A stretch of 63,704 bases of DNA, counting the filler, from Collodictyon triciliatum (taxonomy: Eukaryota), in NCBI GenBank assembly GCA_043381765.1. It is 7 parts of 7 records of this genome, joined end to end, with 100 filler letters (N's around TTAATTAATTAA, not from the genome) between each part and the next. Parts side by side here need not be neighbours in the genome. Positions count along the whole stretch, not along the records: positions 54,765 to 60,846 come from JBHJMP010002597.1; positions 60,947 to 63,704 come from JBHJMP010002610.1; 5 more parts are not named here. One strand, written 5' to 3'. This document shows, piece after piece, positions 57,318 through 63,704 of this stretch. Below the pieces are notes generated by a model. That model did not search any database. It saw nothing but the letters and a program-made list of their open reading frames with translations, and was not told where the DNA came from. The stretch's first letter is position 1. Each line of letters starts with the position of its first letter. The translations under genes and the position numbers were made by a program.

Positions 57318-58245
57318 AGTAGAATAAATTTGTACGTGGCTGCAAAATCCTTGGATAACAGAATCCCATATTTCCTCTCCGCGATAATTGTAAGCAACCA
57401 CATTCCCATTGCTGTCCGAGGCGATGATGTCTTTCCATGTAATAGGAAAGGAAAAAAGTGAAACGGTAATTGGATATAGAATTCATATACATATAGAAGC
57501 AGATTAATTTTGAATGAGGATAGCATGTTTTCTTTTATTATTGGTAAATACCCAGATGTCCATCCACATTAACATCAAGTAGAGTCAGAGTCGCTTGAAT
57601 CTCTGCCATTTCAAGGGGAAATCCTGGCTTAAGATTTCCTAATAATGCCAAACTACTTTGTAAATAAAAATAAACCATATATTCAATGGTCAAATGTTAA
57701 AAAAAATTATAATTGGGTTAAAAAAGTGGGCATTTCATATAAATATTATTTGCTAGTATGCTATTTTCTGCACACAATTAATTCGTCCAATAAATTATAC
57801 CGTTGTTGTCAAGACCATAAATGAATCCAAGTGAAGTTCCGATAAAAATGTCCAAATTACCATCCAAGTCAACATCAGCAATACTCGGAGAAGAGTAAAT
57901 GTATGAGCGGAATGAAGTAAGTGTTGTGGTAAGGTCCAAGTCTGAATATGAAGTCAAGAGGATAATACTTGGCTGTTTATATATTACTGGGTAATATATC
58001 TACATGATATAATTATGTTTTTGTAATAAATGATTTTCATTTGCAATTTTTTATAATGGACATTAACTTTATTGTTTAATATAGATTTAGTAGATGTGAT
58101 GTAGTATATGGTTCACAGGATACGAACACTAAATTTAAGGGTCATGTTATCCAAGTCGAAGGCTACAACCCCTCCAGCCAAATACTTGGTAATATCAATA
58201 TCAGAGGGCAGCTTGATAAGATTCAAGGGGTCACTATAAAATTCG

Positions 58246-58298
<53 letters not shown>

Positions 58299-60761
58299 AG
58301 AGAGAAGAAAAATACGCGATTAGTTATTTATCGCTTTTGTTCTTAAACAGACAGCATTTGCATGTTTGAAAAAATAATTGTGAATATTATTATATACCAG
58401 GTTTAGAATGAAAAGGAATAATAAAGATAAGAGAGAGATGATTGGAGGTAAGAGATACCTATCAAAGTAATAAGAAACACTGACAACCAAATCACGGCCT
58501 CCGTCATTATCCAAGTCACATAACACAGGGCTTGAAAGAACATGGGCATCAACGTACACAATCCTGAGAATAATTTGATAAAATAAAAATCAAACCGAAA
58601 GTTCTATTGGAAAATAAAGATTCCTAAGTCATGCGTTTGGAAGGAAAATATTTCTCAATTATATTTCTCAGATAAATGAGTGAAATGATAGTCGTTGAGG
58701 AATTTGATACTTACTCATCATCTTGCTTCTTTTTGAAGTACTTCGGATAGTGTTTGGAATATAGTGGATCACTCTTACTCGAAGACCACGTATTACTTGA
58801 ATCATCCTGATAAAATAAAGGTATTTACGAGTAGAGTTCCCCTTTAGAATGAAATTCTGATTAAAGGATACTTGAACAACTAAGTTACTTACGTCCCCCA
58901 GTAAAATGGTCAATTTATCTTCCATTTTCTTACGAGAGCTTTCAAATATGTCCTGGAGTTCGATTCATATATATTATTTTTAGAAAGAAAAATTAATGAA
59001 GCTATCACAATTATTCAAGGGAAATTGAAGAGGGAAAAAATGAGACAAGAAGTGAATATGGTGATGTAATCTGACAAAAAAAAAATCTGAAAAATATAGT
59101 GACAGAGTAATACTCACATAGTTTAAATAATTGGGCTTTTTCTTTTCATATTCCTTGGCAAAGTCTTTCGAACCGATGGCTTCATACGTATCCTTTGATT
59201 TTTCGGATGGTTCATCTTCAGATTCCATTTCTTCCTTAGTTTCATCTATTTTGTTAGCCTATTCGAGTATATGTATAGACTTAGAAGTTTCAACTCATTC
59301 GTTCAACAGCTAAGTTATTTTAAATTAATTTTTTCTTTTAAATGCAAACGTATTTCCGACAAAAAAAAGTCTAACCAAGTATCGAAATATATATATACAT
59401 GTTCTCTTTTCAATTGCTCTCTATGATTGAAGACATTCCTTCTCTTAAATTTGGAAAATGCTGTTTCGCCGCCTTTTTCTAACCCTACATACCTAAGAAA
59501 ATCATATTTAATTCTTTTTTTCTTTTTTCTTTTTTTTGTTTATTACATCGAAATTTTAGACGGAGAAAGGTACCCCACGAATGTCGAAGATGATATTAGC
59601 ATTGAAACTTGCTAATTATGAAGGCGCGATGAAAATCAACCATACCAATTTTTGACCACTTCCAATGGAGGCACCTTTAATACTTCTCCATAGAACGGTG
59701 TTCCATCTTCCCTATGTTATTGGTTGAATAATTAACACATTTATTCATCGATTATTTTCGATGTATTTTCCAAGAAATTAATTTGATAATTATTTACACA
59801 TAGGACATATCTACAAAAAAAAATTATGAAAGAAACTTCATAAGTGGGAGGAAGAAGGGGGAATATGGCATTTGTAGTATGTGACATCTGTATTGGAGAA
59901 TAACAGGTGTATGTGTGTATACTTTATGAATAAAATTTCCCCGTTTGCTGTGACGACCAGAAAATCCATCACGCCATCCTTATCAAAATCGATCTTCAGT
60001 GGACTTGAATGAAAGTAGCTTTCAGGGAAAACAGCTGGCCATCCTGTGGTTATTTAAATTGAAAATAAAGTACGATTGTATTATTTTCGTTCGAGGATAT
60101 TATTATATATATTGACACATCTCAAATAGCAATATTGGACACATAAAGCATATGAATTTACCAGGGAGCTCGTGACCATCCTGAGCTCGTAGCGCTTCAA
60201 GCGACCGAACAAATGTCGTGCTTAACAGATCTTTCTCTCCGTCGCTGTAAAATAAAGTAATTATTACAATGCTAAAAGATTCAGATATTCATCATTGAAG
60301 AGAGAACCTCTTGTATTGTATTATGGGTAAGGTTTATTCTATTTCAATGGATATACATGCAAACTTGTGGTGAATGTGGAGTTTGCTTTTAACTGAAGTG
60401 GGTTTTTTTATGTTTTATTTTATTTATTTATTTTGTAACACAATTCGATAAGGGACTGCATCATACAGACAAACATCTAAATGAATATACATAACTAAAT
60501 ATGAACATGTGCCGAGTAATTTACTAGGTACCTGAACAAGTCGTATATTAGGGGAGTGGTGTATATACTATAGCCAAGCTCATGGGACCATAACAAGTCT
60601 ACTTGGTGGGCGCACTCGCCTTGTGTCGACTTTTTTGTTGCATCGGTACCACTAATAAAGTTAAGGTGATAAGAAATAGTTATGCAATAGAATTAATGGA
60701 TAAAAGCATTTGTTAAGAAAAAAGAACGGGACAAACGGATAAAAGGGACTGCGGTGGGCTA
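54871..60761 (-). CDS. DEX1: DEX1-like (Defective in Exine formation 1) FG-GAP repeat membrane protein; first exon missing
   Basis: [31 protein letters not shown]...[25 protein letters not shown]...[13 protein letters not shown]...[31 protein letters not shown]-terminal [20 protein letters not shown]...PLPI*. Confidence 0.92.
55431..55517. repeat. (GATTT)n intronic microsatellite
   Basis: Directly visible. Confidence 0.95.
57942..58123 (-). other. Candidate U12-type (minor) intron in the DEX1-like gene
   Basis: Donor GTATCCTGT; branch-like CCTCTTGAC 11 nt before the 3' end; joins KFSV|HLDLTT. Confidence 0.6.
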
Positions 60762-60846
60762 CTGAAGTTAAGAGAGAGGTAAGAAGGGAAAACGGTAAAC
60801 TTAATAAAGGTCTCAATGGGTAATCTGCATATGCTTACAAGAGAAA

Positions 60847-60946
60847 NNNNNNNNNNNNNNNNNNNNNNNNNNNNNNNNNNNNNNNNNNNNTTAATTAATT
60901 AANNNNNNNNNNNNNNNNNNNNNNNNNNNNNNNNNNNNNNNNNNNN
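60847..60946. other. Artificial contig linker
   Basis: N44-TTAATTAATTAA-N44. Confidence 0.97.
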
Positions 60947-61012
60947 CCCTGGCTCGTTGTACCTTTTCTGTAACTTCTCATTGTATTGATCACTAGTGCT
61001 TGCGTTGCTCAT
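60947..61012 (-). CDS. 5' end of a gene running off the contig (MSNASTSDQYNEKLQKRYNEPG...)
   Basis: ATG at 61012, 22 open codons to the contig edge, preceded by an AT-rich divergent spacer. Confidence 0.45.
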
Positions 61013-61103
61013 TACATAAAGAATAATTTTTTTTTGTGTAAAAAAACGCAGCTTAAAAACAATTTTACCTTACGTTATAATTGATAAGTACTTTAAGCAA
61101 ACA
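61013..61103. promoter_or_regulatory. AT-rich divergent promoter region of the virus-like contig
   Basis: 91-nt spacer between head-to-head ATGs; contains GCTTAAAAAC, TTATAA and AAACA|ATG. Confidence 0.45.
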
Positions 61104-61604
61104 ATGGCCCGCACTGTCAGCAGAGAAGAACAGATGAGCGACATGACTACCCGCACCTTGACCGGAGAAGAGCTAGCAAGACTCAACTACCTGTGTTTTA
61201 TCGAATGGGGAGAAAACCTGGACGGCGTGCGACAAATGGTAGAAATCGCCAGGAGACTCCGCAGAAGCAATCACAAGTCCTACGTGAATAGAAAATCACG
61301 AAGGAAGCAAACCAATGGCTCGCATGAATTTCAAATCGTCGAAGCGCCCGCTATGCCCCTTGTCGATTACACAGGGACCTCTTCAAGTTCTCTAAACTCT
61401 TCACTCGAATCTGGCAGCCCTAATTCTCTGATTGCTGCTGCCGAACGCGTCCGTAAAGCCCTGACCCCTCCTGACTCTCCCCCTAAAATTTCTTACTCTC
61501 TCAAATCAACACCTACCCCCAGCCCTGTTACATACGGTTATGACACGATGGAAGTATTGCCAACAGGCATAGACTCCAGTGACTTCATAAGATGCAAAGA
61601 ATAA
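61104..61604 (+). CDS. Hypothetical 166-aa protein with basic NLS-like patch and Ser/Pro-rich C-terminal half
   Basis: Intronless ORF, good ATG context (AAACAATGG), RRLRRSNHKSYVNRKSRRK, AATAAA overlapping the stop. Confidence 0.75.
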   Translation: MARTVSREEQMSDMTTRTLTGEELARLNYLCFIEWGENLDGVRQMVEIARRLRRSNHKSYVNRKSRRKQTNGSHEFQIVEAPAMPLVDYTGTSSSSLNSSLESGSPNSLIAAAERVRKALTPPDSPPKISYSLKSTPTPSPVTYGYDTMEVLPTGIDSSDFIRCKE

Positions 61605-61626
61605 AATGTCTTTCACTTTATTCTTT
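61596..61626. terminator. Hairpin with AATAAA on both strands between convergent genes
   Basis: AAAGAATAAA (61596-61605) and TTTATTCTTT (61617-61626) form a perfect inverted repeat containing both stop codons. Confidence 0.55.
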
Positions 61627-63704
61627 TGTGCGTGCTCTCTTGGCGCTGCTGACGATCGTATCAGTAGAGAAATACCCGTGTAAATTGGCTCCGTCTGTCA
61701 TCAAAGTGCGGACCTTCGGGTAATCAATCACATACTTGCTGTGATCAATTTTAATATGGTCCTTGTATTGTGTTTTAAAACTTATCCATGGCGCGCTGTG
61801 AGTAAACGACTTATACTCAAGCACTTTTCGATTAGGCAATCTTTTGTTGCTAAACATCTTGTATATGTCGTATATTTGATCAATCGCAAGTTCAAACGGA
61901 GCGCCATTGTGCCACTTACACTTACCTATGAAGAAGAGGTCGAAGCTGTCCACCGCATAGTCGTTCCATTCGACAAACATGAATTTAATAAACTGTTCAA
62001 CAGGGTCGGTACATTTCTCTGCCAGTGTCTCGCATGTCTCGCTTTTTGGAAACACGTTAAAGTTAAATTTTGAATCATACTCGTTCAACAAAACCTTGAC
62101 AAAAACCTTGACAAAGTCGGGGTCGCCTGTTTCGCTTGTCAGTTGCTCTATTTCTTCTTCGCCAAGTCTGTGCTCTCGTACATCAAACACCGGGAATCGT
62201 CTCATGTTGTCTTTTTCAAACACAATTCCAATTTCTTTGTTTGTGTTGAGTATAAAGTTGCACGTATTCTTTACTGGACTTGGGTTGTGATAGAGCATGC
62301 GTATATGAGTCTCATCCCGGTCAACGGCCTCCTTAATTTGTCCCTGTAAACCCTTTGTCTGCGCTACTTCCGACTCTTCCAGAATCAACAACAACTTGTT
62401 TTGCATGTTCATGTTCTTCTCACCAAATACCTCATTTAGAGATGAGTGTGTACCGCCGTATTGCTTGCCCAGAACACCCTGTATATACAGCTTATGAAAA
62501 AAAGATGTCTTGCCAGTGCCTCCTTTGTTGTTTCGGAATATCATCATCTTGCCAATTCGATAATGCGGATGGAATATTATTTTGGCTAAATACTGCATCA
62601 CATATTTCAGTGACGCAGGATTGCCAGCACACAGATACTGGGACAACTGCTTATAGTTCATACTCTGTTTCCAGATAGCATAATCATCCGCTGTCACCGA
62701 GCTGCGAATTTGACTACAGTATCCCAACCAGTCAGTTTTTTGTATCTGATTTAACTCTGGAAAATACTCTTCGAACTTGAACCCTTTGAAATAATTGTAA
62801 GCTCGTGGACTGTAATAGTTGGTAAACATGTTGTATGGCATAAAGTCGAAATACTTGTAGCGCCGTTCAGGACATAAATTTTTCTGTACATGTTTCCAAT
62901 ATTTGTCTCCAAATTCCTCACAGTACGGACCTGGATTTTCTATGGGTTCGGCCTTGCGAGCGTTGTCTTCATGTTCATAAAACAACTTTCCAAGTATCAT
63001 AAAGTGTTCAAGAGCAAACTTTGTGATACACAGGCCATCGTATTCTTTTTTATCAGGCTTTGGCACAAAAGTCGACTGAATAGTTTTACTCTCAAATTCT
63101 AGGGTGTACCCGGTATGCTCACGTATGTATTCGGACAACTTGACATTTAGTTCTGTTCTGTATTGACTTTTGTTGACATACAGTCCATCAAACACATAGA
63201 CACTAACATGAACACTGTTTTGTCGCAAAAAATTGATAGCCAGTTGCATCACTTTTAATTCCTCTGTCTGCAAGTAGTAACTCAACGTGCTATAGATGCG
63301 ATTGCTGTGTTCGTATAGAGCGTTGGTGTCTTTTTTGAACTTTACGTTGTGCCACTCCTTACACTTTTCGTATACGTTACCGGCTAGGACTAGCATCTCT
63401 TCTCCCAGGGTTTTAGTAAACTCATCACCCTGAACCCATTTGTTGCCATATGCGATGCTCAAATACAGCTTCTTGGCTTCTTTGTGTGACATGTTGAAAT
63501 CCTTCATCGTTTTCTGGATAATCTGCTCACGGTCCTCAACATATGTCTTTATCGCAGTGTGGGGCAGATCCCACTTCCTGGCCAAATCCAAGCTTAAGCT
63601 ATAGTGGCAATTCTTGATGTCCAGGTTAATGTGTGTGTCACATAACAAGAATTGACGCACGGGTTTTGGGAGCTTTAACACGGAAACCGATTTATGATAC
63701 ACCC
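61618..63704 (-). CDS. Family-A-like DNA polymerase/primase (TVpol-type) fused to an SF3 helicase (D5/NrS-1/DUF5906-like); N-terminus truncated by window end
   Basis: Pol motifs VY...SVLKLPKPVRQFL, A: INLDIKNCH, B: KEAKKLYLSIAYG, SYYLQTEE, C: YVFDGLYV; linker FDFMPY...YNYFKGF, LCAGN...YLAKIIFHP; Walker A KGGTGKTS, Walker B LLILEE, motif C FILNTN, Arg finger MRRF. Confidence 0.9.
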   Translation of the reverse strand, partial: VYHKSVSVLKLPKPVRQFLLCDTHINLDIKNCHYSLSLDLARKWDLPHTAIKTYVEDREQIIQKTMKDFNMSHKEAKKLYLSIAYGNKWVQGDEFTKTLGEEMLVLAGNVYEKCKEWHNVKFKKDTNALYEHSNRIYSTLSYYLQTEELKVMQLAINFLRQNSVHVSVYVFDGLYVNKSQYRTELNVKLSEYIREHTGYTLEFESKTIQSTFVPKPDKKEYDGLCITKFALEHFMILGKLFYEHEDNARKAEPIENPGPYCEEFGDKYWKHVQKNLCPERRYKYFDFMPYNMFTNYYSPRAYNYFKGFKFEEYFPELNQIQKTDWLGYCSQIRSSVTADDYAIWKQSMNYKQLSQYLCAGNPASLKYVMQYLAKIIFHPHYRIGKMMIFRNNKGGTGKTSFFHKLYIQGVLGKQYGGTHSSLNEVFGEKNMNMQNKLLLILEESEVAQTKGLQGQIKEAVDRDETHIRMLYHNPSPVKNTCNFILNTNKEIGIVFEKDNMRRFPVFDVREHRLGEEEIEQLTSETGDPDFVKVFVKVLLNEYDSKFNFNVFPKSETCETLAEKCTDPVEQFIKFMFVEWNDYAVDSFDLFFIGKCKWHNGAPFELAIDQIYDIYKMFSNKRLPNRKVLEYKSFTHSAPWISFKTQYKDHIKIDHSKYVIDYPKVRTLMTDGANLHGYFSTDTIVSSAKRARTKE

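Larger units (their letters stand above)
60947..63704. mobile_element. Fragment of a Polinton-like virus / virophage-like element (replication module)
   Basis: Intronless, no SSRs, intergenic gaps of 13 and 91 nt, TVpol + SF3 helicase fusion gene; no termini or capsid gene in view. Confidence 0.75.

Noticed and set aside
60652-60736. U12-like branch CCTTAAC before a DEX1 exon
   Set aside because: The matching donor is GTTTGT, not RTATCC
61741-63102. Plus-strand ORFs overlapping the polymerase-helicase gene
   Set aside because: Short antisense shadows with non-ATG starts and no motifs
60947-63704. Terminal inverted repeats, capsid genes, CRISPR arrays or prokaryotic operon signals
   Set aside because: The ends (CCCTGG... 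and ...CACCC) are not inverted and both fall inside open frames; no capsid ORF, repeat-spacer array or Shine-Dalgarno pattern seen

Overview
This is a eukaryotic draft assembly, not one locus. Seven pieces are joined by artificial 100-nt linkers (N44-TTAATTAATTAA-N44). Pieces 1-6 are AT-rich, intron-dense and microsatellite-rich nuclear DNA, probably from a flagellated non-fungal protist. They carry INTS1, a type II membrane protein, a chitin synthase, CLP1, an unknown 2-TM protein, ULK4/RUNKEL, an axonemal dynein light chain (p28/AXDND1-like) domain protein, RIC1, RME-8/DNAJC13 and a DEX1-like FG-GAP protein. Piece 7 (60947-63704) is different: intronless, gene-dense and virus-like. It encodes a family-A-like 'TVpol' polymerase/primase fused to an SF3 (D5/NrS-1-like) helicase, plus an ORFan and the start of a third gene, as in Polinton-like viruses and virophages. 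A hairpin is shared by its two convergent gene ends. Other points of interest are an apparently structured non-coding ~1.2 kb region (17640-18850), two candidate U12 (minor) introns and five GC-AG introns. Exon models were assembled by eye and family calls rest on remembered motifs; no database search was run.
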